A stretch of DNA of 64,000 nucleotides from Pusillimonas sp. (GCA_049672825.1 JBATWU010000032.1:7794-71793), one strand, 5' to 3'. Shown: positions 27,593 through 38,775, numbered from the stretch's first letter. The notes: a model not told the origin generated them from the sequence alone. Made by a program: numbers and translations.

Positions 27593-28710
27593 CAGTAGTT
27601 TCTCCCTTGGGAAAGGTGGCGCGCCAGCGACTCACTGTATTTCGACATGCTGAAGCAGAAGACGAAGTACAGGGCGAACACGAACAGATAGGCCTCGGGT
27701 GCGAACTGCACCCACTGCGGGTCTTGCGTGGCCGCGCTGGTTGCGCCGAGAATGTCGTAAAGTCCCAGAATGCTCACGAAAGTCGTGTTCTTGAAGGCAC
27801 GGATGATGTCATTCATCAGGGCGGGAATCACGATCCGCAAGCCCTGCGGCAAGATGACCCGGCGCATGCGTTGCCCGTACTTCAGGCCGGCTGCTTCGGC
27901 CGCTTCATACTGGCCAGGTGGTACGGCCTGAAGGCCGCCGCGCACGATTTCCGCCGCGTAGGCGGCAAAATAAATGATCATGGCGATCTGAGCACTGACG
28001 AACTTGTCGATGCGAAATGTGGTGGGCAGGAACAGAGGCAGCATGATGGCCGCCATGAATAGTACGACCAGCAAGGGCAGGCCGCGGGTGATCTCGGTGA
28101 TGCCTATGCATAAGGTTTTGATGGCGGGTAGTGTTGAGCGCCGTCCCAGTGCCAGCAGAATCGCTCCCGGCAGGCCGAACGCTACCGTTACGAGAGCCAT
28201 GATCAGTGTCAGCGGCAGTCCGCCCCATAAATGGGTGCCTGTCGGCTTGAGACCGAAGACGCCGCCCAGCATCAGGATCAGAACGATGGGCAGCAATACC
28301 GCCCACGCCACCAAGAGGCCGCGCGACCAAAATCTTCTAAACCCCGATACGATGCTCAGGGCAATGATCAGCACCACCGCGAGGAAGGCGCGCCACTGTT
28401 CTTCATACGGAAAGGTGCCGAACAGGATCAAACGGTATTTTTCCCCCACAATAGCCCAGCAGGCCCCGGTGGCCTCCTTGCAGAGGCTGGCGTCATCGGT
28501 ATGCCAGACCGCGCCGAACAACGCCCAGGCCAAGGCGTGCCAGCCCACGTAGGCCAGCGCCACCAGCAATACGACGGATAGCACGGTATTGTGAGCGTTA
28601 TTGAACAGGCTTTTCCTTACCCGGCTTACAAGGCCGCTGGCCCGTATGGGCGAGGCGCGTACCTGCTCGGCCGATACTTGTACGCGCGAAGCGACCGTAC
28701 GCGCACTCAT
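27592..28710 (-). CDS. aapM: Amino-acid ABC transporter permease (AapM-like)
   Basis: 372-aa multi-TM ORF with an EAA-like loop ([25 protein letters not shown]). The size and gene order match the general L-amino-acid permease AapJQMP. Confidence 0.85.
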   Translation of the reverse strand: MSARTVASRVQVSAEQVRASPIRASGLVSRVRKSLFNNAHNTVLSVVLLVALAYVGWHALAWALFGAVWHTDDASLCKEATGACWAIVGEKYRLILFGTFPYEEQWRAFLAVVLIIALSIVSGFRRFWSRGLLVAWAVLLPIVLILMLGGVFGLKPTGTHLWGGLPLTLIMALVTVAFGLPGAILLALGRRSTLPAIKTLCIGITEITRGLPLLVVLFMAAIMLPLFLPTTFRIDKFVSAQIAMIIYFAAYAAEIVRGGLQAVPPGQYEAAEAAGLKYGQRMRRVILPQGLRIVIPALMNDIIRAFKNTTFVSILGLYDILGATSAATQDPQWVQFAPEAYLFVFALYFVFCFSMSKYSESLARHLSQGRNY

Positions 28711-29924
28711 CGTGTGGCTCCCCGCAGCGCTACGGCTTTATTGAAGGCGTTCATCAGCGTTGAAACCGTTAATGCGAGCAACAGATACACCACACCCATA
28801 ATGATGACGCATTCCAGCGTATGGCCGCTTAGCGTCATGATCGAGTTGCTGACGTTGAACAGTTCCGGATAGCCCACGGCCACGCCCAAGGCACTGGTCT
28901 TTACCAGGCTGATGTACTGCGCGGTGACAGGGGGAACAATGACCCGCAGCGCTTGCGGCAGGATGATATGTCGGTAAAGCTCGCCGCCGTGCAGGCCGAC
29001 GGCGCGTCCGGCCTCGATTTGCCCCTTGCCTACCGACTGGATGCCGGAACGAACGATTTCGGAAATGTAGGCGCCAAAATATAGAACCAGGCCTAAAGAC
29101 AGCGCGAGAAACTCGGGCGAAAGCGTTATGCCCCCACGGAAATTGAAGCCCGTCAGCTTGGGGTGTTCGATGGCCGTGGGCGCGCCGGTAGCCAGCCAGG
29201 TCAGCAGGATGACCGCGGCCAGGCCCAAGGCGGATAATCGGAGCACAGGCAGGGAGTGTCCGGTGCGCCGTTGCCGCTGATCGGCCCATTTGCTGAAAAC
29301 ATAGACGCCCGCCATTCCTATGGCCAGCGCCAGCAAGACCAAGGTGAACGCAAGCCGGTCGGCGGGCCAGGCCAGCGTCAGGCCCCGGTTGCTCAGAAAC
29401 CACCAATCCAGTCCATGCCAGGCTTGCCGGTTGCCGGGCAATAGCGTGAACAGCGTGTACCAGAACACAATTTGCATGAGTTGTGGTGTGTTTCGAAAAA
29501 TTTCGACATAAGCCGCCGCGCCACGCGATATCAACCAATTGGACGAAAGGCGTGCCATGCCCAGGAGTACGCCCAGGACAGTGGCGAAGATCAGCGATAC
29601 AAAAGACACCCAGAGCGTATTGCCCAGACCGGCGATGAAAGCCAGCAAAAAGGAATCCGACGGCTGGAATGGAATAAGGGATTCCGCCAAAGTGAAGTTG
29701 GCTTCGTTGTATAAAAAATCGAAGCCGAATCGTATGCCTTTGGCTGCCATGGAGCGGCTGGCATTGCTGGCCATGAACACAATGACCGCCGCCACGAGTG
29801 CCACAGCCACAATTTGGTAGATGCGGCCCCGTACACGCTGGCTACGCCACAGCTGCTTCCAAGAGACTCTGGCAGGCGGCTTGCGCCGCCGGCCTTCGCG
29901 TTCCCTTGCTCCTGCGTCCATCAT
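28707..29924 (-). CDS. aapQ: Amino-acid ABC transporter permease (AapQ-like)
   Basis: 405-aa multi-TM ORF with EAA-like loop ISEIVRSGIQSVGKGQIEAGRAVGL. It has a 4-nt overlap with the next permease gene. Confidence 0.85.
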   Translation of the reverse strand: MMDAGAREREGRRRKPPARVSWKQLWRSQRVRGRIYQIVAVALVAAVIVFMASNASRSMAAKGIRFGFDFLYNEANFTLAESLIPFQPSDSFLLAFIAGLGNTLWVSFVSLIFATVLGVLLGMARLSSNWLISRGAAAYVEIFRNTPQLMQIVFWYTLFTLLPGNRQAWHGLDWWFLSNRGLTLAWPADRLAFTLVLLALAIGMAGVYVFSKWADQRQRRTGHSLPVLRLSALGLAAVILLTWLATGAPTAIEHPKLTGFNFRGGITLSPEFLALSLGLVLYFGAYISEIVRSGIQSVGKGQIEAGRAVGLHGGELYRHIILPQALRVIVPPVTAQYISLVKTSALGVAVGYPELFNVSNSIMTLSGHTLECVIIMGVVYLLLALTVSTLMNAFNKAVALRGATR

Positions 29925-29942
29925 ATGCGTCTTGCCTTCGGC

Positions 29943-30968
29943 TTACTTGAACGGCGGCGAGTACAGCAGGCCGCCGTTGCTCCAGAGCGCATTCAGGCCG
30001 CGTTCCAGCTTGAAGGGTGAACCCTCGCCCAAATTGCGATCGAAGCTTTCAGCATAATTACCCACTTGTTTGACGATGCGGTATGCCCATTGGTCGTCCA
30101 GGCCCAACTTGGTGCCAAGCCCACCTTTGATGCCCAGCAGGTACTCTGCATCAGCACCCGGGTTCTTGAGCTTTTCGTCTACATTCTGAGAGGTGATGCC
30201 TTGTTCTTCCGCTTCGAACATGGCATAGGTTGTCCAGGCCACAATGTCGCGCCATTCCGGGTCGCCCTGGCGAACGATGGGCCCTTCAGGGTCTTTGCCG
30301 AAGATGCCCGGCAAAATCACCCAGTCGTCGGGGTTGCTGGCCGCCACAGAGCGGTTGGCAGCCAGCCCGGCGGTGGACTGGACCGCCACATCGCAGCGCC
30401 CGCCGAAAAAGGCGGTGTTCATTTCTTTCTGATCGGCGATCACGATCATTTTGAAGTCCAGCTTGTACTTGCGCGAGATGTCGGTGGCGACTTCTTCGGA
30501 GGTCGAGCCCGGCCGGACGCAGACTGTCGCTCCAGTCAGATCCTCGACAGACTTGACCCCCAGGTTCTTGTTCACCATGAAGCCCTGTCCGTCATAGAAA
30601 GTGGTAGGCGTGAAGTCCAGGCCGGTTGTGACATCGCGGCTCATGGTCCAGGTGGTATTGGCGGCGGTGAGGTCCACGTCGCCTGTTTGAAGCACGGTCA
30701 TGCGTGTCTGTGTCGTGGTCTTGACGTAGCGCACTTTGCTTGCATCACCCAGCACGGCGGCGGCCACCGCCCGGCATGAGTCCACATCCAGCCCCGACCA
30801 TACGCCTTTGCTGTCGACGGCGGATAGGCCAGGCCGGCTGCCATTGACAGCGCAGATCACCTCGCCACGTGCTTTGACGGCGTCCAGTGTCGGGCCTGCT
30901 TGTGCGCTTGCGGCGGCTAGCAGGCCTAATAAAGGGGCAACAAACCTGCGAATTGCTTTGGTATTCAT
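29943..30968 (-). CDS. aapJ: Periplasmic amino-acid-binding protein (AapJ-like)
   Basis: 341-aa ORF with signal peptide ending ASAQAGPT. It is the first gene of the four-gene ABC operon. Confidence 0.85.
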   Translation of the reverse strand: MNTKAIRRFVAPLLGLLAAASAQAGPTLDAVKARGEVICAVNGSRPGLSAVDSKGVWSGLDVDSCRAVAAAVLGDASKVRYVKTTTQTRMTVLQTGDVDLTAANTTWTMSRDVTTGLDFTPTTFYDGQGFMVNKNLGVKSVEDLTGATVCVRPGSTSEEVATDISRKYKLDFKMIVIADQKEMNTAFFGGRCDVAVQSTAGLAANRSVAASNPDDWVILPGIFGKDPEGPIVRQGDPEWRDIVAWTTYAMFEAEEQGITSQNVDEKLKNPGADAEYLLGIKGGLGTKLGLDDQWAYRIVKQVGNYAESFDRNLGEGSPFKLERGLNALWSNGGLLYSPPFK

Positions 30969-31048
30969 CCGTACTCTCCTGATCCAATTTTTGGGGACTG
31001 CTGAACGACTTCTGCTATACCGCTGTGATCTGTCAAAGACCCGTCTGA

Positions 31049-31738
31049 TTAACGAATTGACTGCTGGGGTGCTGACTGTCTGGACTCCATGTCGTCAAAA
31101 GCGCAGGTACGGACTTGCAGGCCGTGCTCTAAATGCTCCAGCATGGCCGCTTGGGCGCCTGGGCCGTCGCCGCGCTCGACAGCCTCCAGGATGGTCAGGT
31201 GCTCTTTGAGTGTGTCCCGCATCTGGTGTGTGCCACTGTGGCGCGGTAGGCCAAAGGCGATCTGGAAGCGCAGACGCAAGGGTTCGAAGACCTCTCGCAG
31301 CATAGGGTTTCCCGCCGCTTCAAAAAGCTCACGATGGAATTCGGTGCCAACGCTGTCGATCTGCGCACTGGAGTAATCTTCGGAATGTTCGCGCATGTAT
31401 TTCATTTGCATGCCCAGGGCGGTCAGCGCTTTCGTCAGGCCATTTTTGGCGGCAAGAAAAGCCGCCATGCCCTCGAGCGCCTGCCTGACTTGATACACCG
31501 CACGTACGTCATCGGAAGATAAGCGGCGCACAAAAGTACCGCGGCCGACCTGGCTTTCCACGACGCCATCGCGTATCAGCGCGCGTAAGGCCTCGCGTAC
31601 TGGTGTTCGGCCCATAGATAGGCGGTACGCGAGCTTACGCTCAGACAGCGGCTCTTCCGGGAGTAATTCCCCGCGCATGACCATGTCCAATAATAATTGG
31701 TAGGCCTGGTCCCGGAGCAAATTGATATTGGTTGGCAT
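31049..31738 (-). CDS. GntR-family transcriptional regulator with FCD (FadR C-terminal) domain
   Basis: wHTH block LSERKLAYRLSMGRTPVREALRALIRDGVV, followed by a helical FCD-type C-terminal domain. Confidence 0.9.
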   Translation of the reverse strand: MPTNINLLRDQAYQLLLDMVMRGELLPEEPLSERKLAYRLSMGRTPVREALRALIRDGVVESQVGRGTFVRRLSSDDVRAVYQVRQALEGMAAFLAAKNGLTKALTALGMQMKYMREHSEDYSSAQIDSVGTEFHRELFEAAGNPMLREVFEPLRLRFQIAFGLPRHSGTHQMRDTLKEHLTILEAVERGDGPGAQAAMLEHLEHGLQVRTCAFDDMESRQSAPQQSIR

Positions 31739-31793
31739 ACTGGTATTCCAGCAGCCATGCCACCGTTCGTCAACCGCTGGTTTTCCCTAGTCT

Positions 31794-33029
31794 CTACCGA
31801 CGCAAATGGGCATCGATGAGCGCCATGACCCGCTCTATATCGGATACGTTGTTATAAAGATGGAAGGCAAATCGCAACTGGCCCCGGCGTATGGTGAAGC
31901 TCACCCGGTTGTCCCGCAGCCACGATGCCAGTTCGTTGATCTGCTCATCCCGCGAAAAATCGTGCCCTCCGGAGCCCAGCCCCCCGACGGTGACGATATG
32001 AGACGCCAATGCCGGGGTAGGCGCCGGGCAGACCGGTAGCTTGCGTTCACGCAGTTCATCGGCAAAAAGCTTCGCCAGGCGAAGCGCATGCGCCTCGATG
32101 GCATCAATGCCTATTCCCAGAATTAGATCGAGTGACGCATCGGCCGCGTAGGCTTCGGCCAATGGAAAGCTCCCTACTTCGAAACGCCGCGCGCCCGGTG
32201 CCAGCCGATAAGCCTCGTTGCCCCCCTCAGAGTGCTGGCCGGGGCCGGCATCAATGCCCGTACGGGATAAATACGCTGGTTGCAGCTGATCCGCGACCGC
32301 TAGGCGGCAATATAGAAAGCCGGCTCCATACAGGCCCAGCAAGCCCTTGCTGGTGGATGTGGCCAGGCAGTCGAACAGATCCCGCTCGGCATCCAGGCGC
32401 AAAATGCCGGCAGACTGAACGGCGTCGACAACGAAAAGCACCCCGCGTTCACGAGTGACCTTGCCTATTGCCGCCAGATCGGTACGCAGCCCTGGGGCGA
32501 AGGTAACCGTTGCCGCCGTCACGACCCGTGTTCTGGTGTCGATGGCCGCGATCATGGCCGTTGCGTCGATGGCGCCATTGCATGGTGGAATCGCTCTGAT
32601 CTCGACACCCAGGCGCTCGAGATGGCGCCAGGGGTATAAATTGTTCGGGTGCTCAAGCTCGGTCGTCAGCACAACATTGTCCCCAGGGCGCCAGTCTATG
32701 GAGCAGGCAATGCTGTTGATGCCATCGGAAACATTGCGTGTGAAAGCGATTTCGTCCTGCTGCGCATTGATCAGCCTTGCAAACTTCTGCCTGGCCGTTT
32801 CAACATAGATTTCGTGTTCGGTCCGGTTTGCAGCGGCTGACTGCATGCGGTCCAGATATAGATCGACCGCGGCGCGAGTACAGTCTGGGACGATGCTTTT
32901 TTCGCAAATGCTTAGATAGGTTAGTTGCTCGAGTACAGGAAACTGACGGCGCGCAGCCATCAATGGATCGCTGGAGGCGTGCAAGCTTGATGGGAGCGCT
33001 ACAGTATGCGAGGGGGTGGGTGTGTGCAT
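31794..33029 (-). CDS. Class V aminotransferase / cysteine desulfurase-like PLP enzyme
   Basis: Start tentatively at MHTPTPSH (ATG 33029). The fold-type I layout has PLP-Lys context LATSTSKGLLG. Confidence 0.75.
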   Translation of the reverse strand: MHTPTPSHTVALPSSLHASSDPLMAARRQFPVLEQLTYLSICEKSIVPDCTRAAVDLYLDRMQSAAANRTEHEIYVETARQKFARLINAQQDEIAFTRNVSDGINSIACSIDWRPGDNVVLTTELEHPNNLYPWRHLERLGVEIRAIPPCNGAIDATAMIAAIDTRTRVVTAATVTFAPGLRTDLAAIGKVTRERGVLFVVDAVQSAGILRLDAERDLFDCLATSTSKGLLGLYGAGFLYCRLAVADQLQPAYLSRTGIDAGPGQHSEGGNEAYRLAPGARRFEVGSFPLAEAYAADASLDLILGIGIDAIEAHALRLAKLFADELRERKLPVCPAPTPALASHIVTVGGLGSGGHDFSRDEQINELASWLRDNRVSFTIRRGQLRFAFHLYNNVSDIERVMALIDAHLRR

Positions 33030-33244
33030 GAGGAGGGTGGTTCGAGCCGCTTGGTAGAGTCGCCTACTATAGAACGCTAGCGGGGCGGCGGCAACTTTCA
33101 TTGCAAACCGCAATCATGGTTCAGGCCATACTGTTGCGCTGATTCTGTACTTACCCGGTGCTCGACTGCCGGGCCATGCACAAGCGGGCATCCAGGTCGT
33201 ATTATGGAAGAACCCGCTTCTCAATCGAAACAGGAGTCGACACC

Positions 33245-34294
33245 ATGACCATCAAAGCCTATGGCGCCCATGCGGGCGACCTTCCTCTCGAATCGATGAG
33301 CATTACCCGGCGAGCCCCGGGGGCGCACGACGTGCGTATAGACATCGCCTACTGCGGTGTGTGCCACTCGGACATCCACCAGGTGCGCTCCGAGTGGGCG
33401 GGCACCTTGTTTCCCTGCGTGCCGGGGCACGAAATCGTTGGACGCGTGTCTGCCGTGGGAACGCAGGTGTCGGGCTTCCAACTGGGCGATCTGGTTGGCG
33501 TTGGCTGTATCGTTGATAGCTGCCAGCACTGCGAAGACTGCAACGAAGGGCTGGAGAACTATTGCGATCACATGGTCGGCACTTACAACGGCCCGACACC
33601 GGACGCGCCAGGCCACACGCTGGGCGGCTATTCGCAGCAGGTCGTCGTGCATCAACGCTATGTGTTGCGTATCCGCCATCCCGAGGCGCAGCTGGCTGCG
33701 GTGGCACCCCTGCTGTGCGCGGGCATCACCACGTATTCGCCGCTGCGCCATTGGCAGGTGGGGCCGGGGCAGAAGGTGGGCGTGGTCGGCATTGGCGGCC
33801 TGGGCCACATGGGCATCAAGCTGGCGCATGCCATGGGCGCGTACGTGGTGGCCTTCACCACGTCGGAATCCAAACGCGAGGCAGCCAGGCTCTTGGGGGC
33901 CGATGAGGTGGTCGTCTCGCGCAATGCCGACGAGATGGTCCAGCATGCCAAGAGTTTCGATTTCATCCTGAATACCGTCGCTGCACCGCATGATCTGGAT
34001 GCTTTCTTCGCGCTGCTCAAGCGCGATGGCACCATGGCCCTGGTGGGGGCCCCCGCCACGCCGCATCCCTCTCCGCAGGTATTCAACCTGATCATGAAGC
34101 GCCGTAGCCTGGCCGGCTCCCTGATTGGCGGCATTCCCGAAACACAGGAGATGCTGGATTTTTGCGCCGAGCATGGCATCGTGGCGGAGATCGAGATGAT
34201 CCGTGCCGATGAAGTCAACGAAGCCTACGAGCGCATGCTGAAGGGCGACGTGAAATATCGCTTCGTGATCGACAACGCTTCGCTGGCGGTCTGA
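33245..34294 (+). CDS. Zn-dependent NAD(P)-alcohol dehydrogenase (YahK/cinnamyl-ADH-like MDR)
   Basis: ATG 33245 follows AGGAG. Catalytic Zn motif GVCHSDIH. Structural Zn cluster CQHCEDCNEGLENYC. Rossmann motif VGVVGIGGLGHMG. Confidence 0.9.
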   Translation: MTIKAYGAHAGDLPLESMSITRRAPGAHDVRIDIAYCGVCHSDIHQVRSEWAGTLFPCVPGHEIVGRVSAVGTQVSGFQLGDLVGVGCIVDSCQHCEDCNEGLENYCDHMVGTYNGPTPDAPGHTLGGYSQQVVVHQRYVLRIRHPEAQLAAVAPLLCAGITTYSPLRHWQVGPGQKVGVVGIGGLGHMGIKLAHAMGAYVVAFTTSESKREAARLLGADEVVVSRNADEMVQHAKSFDFILNTVAAPHDLDAFFALLKRDGTMALVGAPATPHPSPQVFNLIMKRRSLAGSLIGGIPETQEMLDFCAEHGIVAEIEMIRADEVNEAYERMLKGDVKYRFVIDNASLAV

Positions 34295-34373
34295 TCGCAG
34301 CCTTGGCCAGATGCTATACCACCATGACGAGGCCGCGGCGATCAGCACCCAGTCCTTGGCCGGTGAGACGGGA

Positions 34374-34778
34374 TCAGCTTTTACGGGACTCCTTGGCCAC
34401 GACAGGCAAACCGGCCTTCTTCCAGGCTGTGAATCCGCCCTCGAGATGGCCTATGGGCGTCAAGCCCATATCCTGCAAGGCCGCCGCGGCCAGACTGGAG
34501 CGCCAGGCGGAGCCGCAGTACAGAATGAATTCCTTGCCGGACCCAAAAATGTCCTTGTAGTAGGGGCTTTCCGGGTCTACCCAAAATTCCAGCATGCCGC
34601 GGGGCGCGTGGTACGCACCGGGAATCATGCCTTCGCGCTCCAATTCCCGCACGTCGCGAATGTCCACAAAAACCGAATCCGGTTCGTTCAGCTTGGCCTG
34701 AGCCTCTTCGAGACTCAGCGTGCGGACGCGGGCATTCGCCTCGTGGATCAGTTCTTTGTAGCCTTTGGTGATGGGCAT
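34374..34778 (-). CDS. Single-domain rhodanese-like sulfurtransferase
   Basis: Start at MPITKGYKEL. Active-site loop context ILYCGSAWRSS carries the catalytic Cys. Confidence 0.8.
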   Translation of the reverse strand: MPITKGYKELIHEANARVRTLSLEEAQAKLNEPDSVFVDIRDVRELEREGMIPGAYHAPRGMLEFWVDPESPYYKDIFGSGKEFILYCGSAWRSSLAAAALQDMGLTPIGHLEGGFTAWKKAGLPVVAKESRKS

Positions 34779-35068
34779 TACTGTTCTCCTCTTGAATGTG
34801 TTCAGTTCGTTGCGGTCTAAGTCCAAAACGTTGCCCACATTATTAACCGATATAAGCTTTGCTGCATACTCGCGCCGGCCGTGCCCAGGCCACACGCGAT
34901 TGACAGGAGGTTATTGCGGGAAGGAGCTCGACATGATCGTGAACGATGCGGGCATCGCGGTTCAGCGGCAATTGGTCGACGCCCCCACTCTTGACGAAGC
35001 CAGGACGCCATACTGAATCTGCATCCGATCCGGCGACTTGCTACGGCCGGCTCAGTTTAGCGGTTCGC

Positions 35069-35929
35069 TCAGTTCTCAAGGAACTCCAGCAGATCCTGAT
35101 TGAAGCGCTCCTTATGCGTGTCGGTCAGGCCATGCGGTGCGTTGGGGTAGACGATCAGCTTCGCCCCTTCGACCTGCGCGGCGGAAGCTCTTCCGGAGGT
35201 GTCGAGCGGCACAATCTGGTCGTCGTCGCCGTGGATCACCAGCGTGGGTACGTCGAATTTCTTCAGGTCCTCACGGAAATCGGTGGCCGAGAACGCGGCG
35301 ATGGAGTCGTAGGTGTTCTTGTGGCCGGCCTGCATGCCCTGTGCCCACCAGCTGTCGATCAGGCCTTGCGAGACCTTGGCCTCTGGACGGTTGAAGCCGT
35401 AGAATGGGCCGGATGCGAGGTCGATATACAACTGCGAGCGGTTCTCCAGGGAAGCCTTGCGGATGCCATCGAAGACTTCGAGCGGCAGGCCGTCCGGATT
35501 ATCGGCGGTTTGCAACATCATCGGCGGCACGGCGCTGACCAGTACGGCTTTCTTGATCCGGCTGGTACCGTGGCGGCCAATATAGCGTGTCACTTCGCCG
35601 CCGCCGGTGGAGAAGCCCACTGCGGTGACGTCTTTCAAGTCAAGGGCATTGATGACGGCGGCCAGGTCGTCGGCGTAGTGGTCCATGTCGTTGCCGTCCC
35701 AGGGCTGGCTGGAGCGGCCATGGCCGCGACGGTCGTGGGCGATGACGCGATAACCGTTGTCGGCCAGGAAGATCATCTGCGACTCCCAGCTGTCCGAGCT
35801 GAGCGGCCATCCGTGGCTGAAGGTGACGACCGGGCCGTCCTTCGGGCCCCAGTCCTTGTAGTACAGGCGCACGCCGTCAACAGTGATGATGTAGTCGCCG
35901 TCTGCGGTGGCGCGGGTGGTAGTGTTCAT
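35069..35929 (-). CDS. Alpha/beta hydrolase of the non-haem haloperoxidase / arylesterase family
   Basis: Start at [11 protein letters not shown]. Blocks [34 protein letters not shown] and nucleophile elbow [10 protein letters not shown]-terminal HG...H region. Confidence 0.85.
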   Translation of the reverse strand: MNTTTRATADGDYIITVDGVRLYYKDWGPKDGPVVTFSHGWPLSSDSWESQMIFLADNGYRVIAHDRRGHGRSSQPWDGNDMDHYADDLAAVINALDLKDVTAVGFSTGGGEVTRYIGRHGTSRIKKAVLVSAVPPMMLQTADNPDGLPLEVFDGIRKASLENRSQLYIDLASGPFYGFNRPEAKVSQGLIDSWWAQGMQAGHKNTYDSIAAFSATDFREDLKKFDVPTLVIHGDDDQIVPLDTSGRASAAQVEGAKLIVYPNAPHGLTDTHKERFNQDLLEFLEN

Positions 35930-36121
35930 AGTAGTAACTCCTATTTGGATAGAACGAAAAAAAGAGGTGTGCAATCAGTTGGCGATGGTGAGCGTTACGT
36001 CTATGCTTTCGCGCGTCGCATTGATTGGCCGAGCGGGTGTTGCTCGGTAAGACGTATTCTGCGCGCCGAGACCAAACTATTGGTGATGTAAAATCCTGAA
36101 AACTTGATCTGGAGTACGGAT

Positions 36122-36943
36122 ATGGCCGACCGGCTTGCGGCATTGATGGCGCATTTCCCAGTGAACGCAGAGGTATTCAACGCTGGCGCGCTGTGCGGCA
36201 TCAACACATTGGAAAGCGATGGAGCGCACGGACAGCTGCATCTGGTGCGCAGTGGTGCGATCGAGGTTCAGTACGGCATGGAGCTGCTGCATGTCGAACG
36301 TCCGAGCCTATTGCTGTTCGCGCGGCCCCTGACGCATCACTTCGTCACCGACGCCGAGCTCGGCGCGGACATGGTCTGCGCGAACCTGTTGTTCGAGGGT
36401 GGCGCAGGAAACCCTATCGCATCGGCGCTACCGGACCTAGTCTGTCTGCCGCTGGAAGACATTGCCGGCGCCAAGCCGGTATTGGCGCTGCTGTTCGACG
36501 AAGCATTCGAGCAGCGATGCGGGCGCGTCGCACTGGTCGAGCGCCTGTTCGAAGTGGTGATGATCCAGGTCCTGCGCCTGCTGATGGAAAACGGCGAGGT
36601 GCATGGCGGCCTGCTGTCCGGGTTGTCGCATCCGCGCCTGCGCAACGCGCTGGTGGCGATGCATGAGTCGCCCGCACAGGAATGGACATTGGACGGACTG
36701 GCGAATGTCGCCGGCATGTCGCGCAGCGTGTTTGCCACGACGTTCCGCGAAACGGTCGGCATCACGCCAGGACAGTATCTCCAAGGCTGGCGTGTGCGGC
36801 TTGCACAGAAGGCGTTACGGCGCGGACGTCCTTTGAAGATAATCGCCGCCGAGGTCGGCTACGGGAGCGAAGCCGCGCTCTCTCGTGCGTTCAAGGCGCA
36901 GTCCGGACAATCACCTCGGCAGTGGAAAGCCAGTTACCCATAG
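36122..36943 (+). CDS. AraC-family transcriptional regulator with cupin-like N-domain
   Basis: Start at MADRLAALMAHFPV. The C-terminal double HTH ends with VGYGSEAALSRAFKAQSGQSPRQWK. Confidence 0.85.
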   Translation: MADRLAALMAHFPVNAEVFNAGALCGINTLESDGAHGQLHLVRSGAIEVQYGMELLHVERPSLLLFARPLTHHFVTDAELGADMVCANLLFEGGAGNPIASALPDLVCLPLEDIAGAKPVLALLFDEAFEQRCGRVALVERLFEVVMIQVLRLLMENGEVHGGLLSGLSHPRLRNALVAMHESPAQEWTLDGLANVAGMSRSVFATTFRETVGITPGQYLQGWRVRLAQKALRRGRPLKIIAAEVGYGSEAALSRAFKAQSGQSPRQWKASYP

Positions 36944-37154
36944 TGTCCAGCCTAAAGGCGCCTTGTTGGGGCGACGACAGAATGTCGAGTACGACTTCCG
37001 ATGGCCGACATAGACGTACGCCAAGCCCTGTAATCACGAACGGACGATTAATCAGGATCGGATGAGCCAACATGGCATCCAATAACTGATCATCTGTCAG
37101 GTCGAGGTTATCCAGGCCGAGCTGCGCATAGGGCGTACCCTTGTGTACCCTCAT
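36891..37154 (-). pseudogene. arsC: Truncated glutaredoxin-type arsenate reductase (R773 ArsC family) lacking the catalytic N-terminus
   Basis: The 87-aa ORF aligns with about residues 60-122 of E. coli ArsC: GTPYAQLGL...LTDDQLLDAMLAHPILINRPFVITGLGVRLCRPSEVVLDIL. The N-terminal ~55 aa with the HNPxCGTS catalytic Cys are absent. Its ATG overlaps the acr3 stop (ATGA). The last ~20 aa are non-homologous and run antisense into the AraC gene, 36891-36943. Confidence 0.7.
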
Positions 37155-38221
37155 CCTGCTTTGGCTTCATACCAGCCCTTTGAGCGATTTACGACGCGAA
37201 CCACGACCAGCATAATCGGCACCTCGATGAGCACGCCGACTACCGTGGCGAGCGCCGCACCCGATTGAAAACCGAACAGGCTGATCGCGGTAGCTACCGC
37301 CAGTTCGAAGAAATTGCTGGCGCCGATCAGGGCGGACGGCCCCGCCACACAATGGGCCACGCCGAACCGGCGATTCAGGTAATAGGCCAGGCCCGAGTTC
37401 AGTACGACCTGAATCAGAATCGGGATGGCCAGCAATAGGATAATCAGCGGCTTGTCAATGATGGCATTGCCCTGGAAGCCGAACAGCAGCACGAGCGTTG
37501 CCAGAAGCGCAGCAATGGAATAGGGACCTAATGCGCCGACGACGCGCCGATAGGTGGCTTCGCCCTTGGCAAGTAATGCCTTGCGTATGGCCTGCGCGAT
37601 GAGGACCGGGACAATGATGTACAGCGCCACGGAGGTGATAAGCGTATCCCATGGCACCGAGATCGAAGATAGCCCCAGCAGCAGCGCAACGACAGGCGCA
37701 AACGCCACGATCATGATGGCGTCGTTCAGCGCGACTTGCGATAGCGTGAAATACGGATCACCTTTGCAGAGCTGCGACCAGACAAAGACCATCGCGGTGC
37801 AGGGCGCGGCAGCCAGCAGAATTAACCCGGCCACATAACTGTCGAGCTGGTCCGCAGGCAGCCATGCCGCAAACAGATGCCGCACGAATAGCCAGGCCAG
37901 CAGCGCCATGGAAAAGGGTTTGACGAGCCAGTTTATGAATAGCGTTACGCCAATGCCGCGCCAGTGGCTTGTCACTTGCCCCATCGCGCCGAAATCAATC
38001 TTGATCAGCATGGGAACGATCATGACCCAGATCAGCAGACCCACCGGCAGATTGACTTGTGCCACCTCCAGCGCCGCGATGCCTTGAAACACGCCTGGCA
38101 TCGACTGGCCCAACAAAATGCCCGCAACGATACATAGAGCCACCCAAACGGTAAGATAGCGCTCAAAGAAACCAATGCCCCCACCCTGCGAAACGGCGGC
38201 CGCTTGTGCCACTGACTTCAT
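37151..38221 (-). CDS. acr3: ACR3-family arsenite efflux permease
   Basis: 356-aa ORF, about 10 TM. N-terminal block GFFERYLTVWVALCIVAGILLG and APCTAMVFVWS motif. Confidence 0.95.
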   Translation of the reverse strand: MKSVAQAAAVSQGGGIGFFERYLTVWVALCIVAGILLGQSMPGVFQGIAALEVAQVNLPVGLLIWVMIVPMLIKIDFGAMGQVTSHWRGIGVTLFINWLVKPFSMALLAWLFVRHLFAAWLPADQLDSYVAGLILLAAAPCTAMVFVWSQLCKGDPYFTLSQVALNDAIMIVAFAPVVALLLGLSSISVPWDTLITSVALYIIVPVLIAQAIRKALLAKGEATYRRVVGALGPYSIAALLATLVLLFGFQGNAIIDKPLIILLLAIPILIQVVLNSGLAYYLNRRFGVAHCVAGPSALIGASNFFELAVATAISLFGFQSGAALATVVGVLIEVPIMLVVVRVVNRSKGWYEAKAG

Positions 38222-38730
38222 TCTTGGGATTCCAAGGGCTGTTGACCGATCGCCCGCATTTGCGTTTGAATGGCGTTGCGATCCAGGATATGAAGCGGCA
38301 GGTTCTCAAACTGGCTGACGCGAGCCATGATTTGCCGGAAAACTTTGTTGAAAAGCGCACGCTTTTCCTCATCGCTACCCTCGAACGCGGCAGGGTCTTG
38401 AAACCCCCAGTGCGCCGTGATGGGCTTGCCTGGCCATACAGGGCAGGTTTCGCCCGCCGCTTGATCGCAAACCGTCAGGACAAAATCCATTTGGGGCGCA
38501 TCGGGCGCGGCAAACTCATCCCAGCCTTTGCTGCGCAGGGCGGAGGCGTCGTAGCCAATCGCCTCGCATCGCTCCACTGCGAAGGGGTTCACCTTGCCCG
38601 TTGGTTGGCTGCCAGCGCTATAGGCGCGAAAGCGCCCTTTGCCCAGCACATTGAAAAGCGCTTCGGCCATGATGCTTCGCGCTGAATTGCCAGTGCAAAG
38701 CACCAGCACATTGAAAGTTTTATCAGACAT
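38218..38730 (-). CDS. arsC: Arsenate reductase, LMW-PTPase (thioredoxin-coupled) type
   Basis: P-loop VLCTGNSARS at the N-terminus. 170 aa. 4-nt overlap with acr3. Confidence 0.9.
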   Translation of the reverse strand: MSDKTFNVLVLCTGNSARSIMAEALFNVLGKGRFRAYSAGSQPTGKVNPFAVERCEAIGYDASALRSKGWDEFAAPDAPQMDFVLTVCDQAAGETCPVWPGKPITAHWGFQDPAAFEGSDEEKRALFNKVFRQIMARVSQFENLPLHILDRNAIQTQMRAIGQQPLESQE

Positions 38731-38775
38731 GACGGGTTATCAGCTTGAGGTCGAAAGGGTGTGGGTTAATCGGGC

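Noticed and set aside
36891-37154. Calling the 87-aa ORF a functional small arsenate reductase.
   Set aside because: It lacks the N-terminal catalytic cysteine region of the R773 ArsC family, and its C-terminus is non-homologous read-through antisense to the AraC gene.
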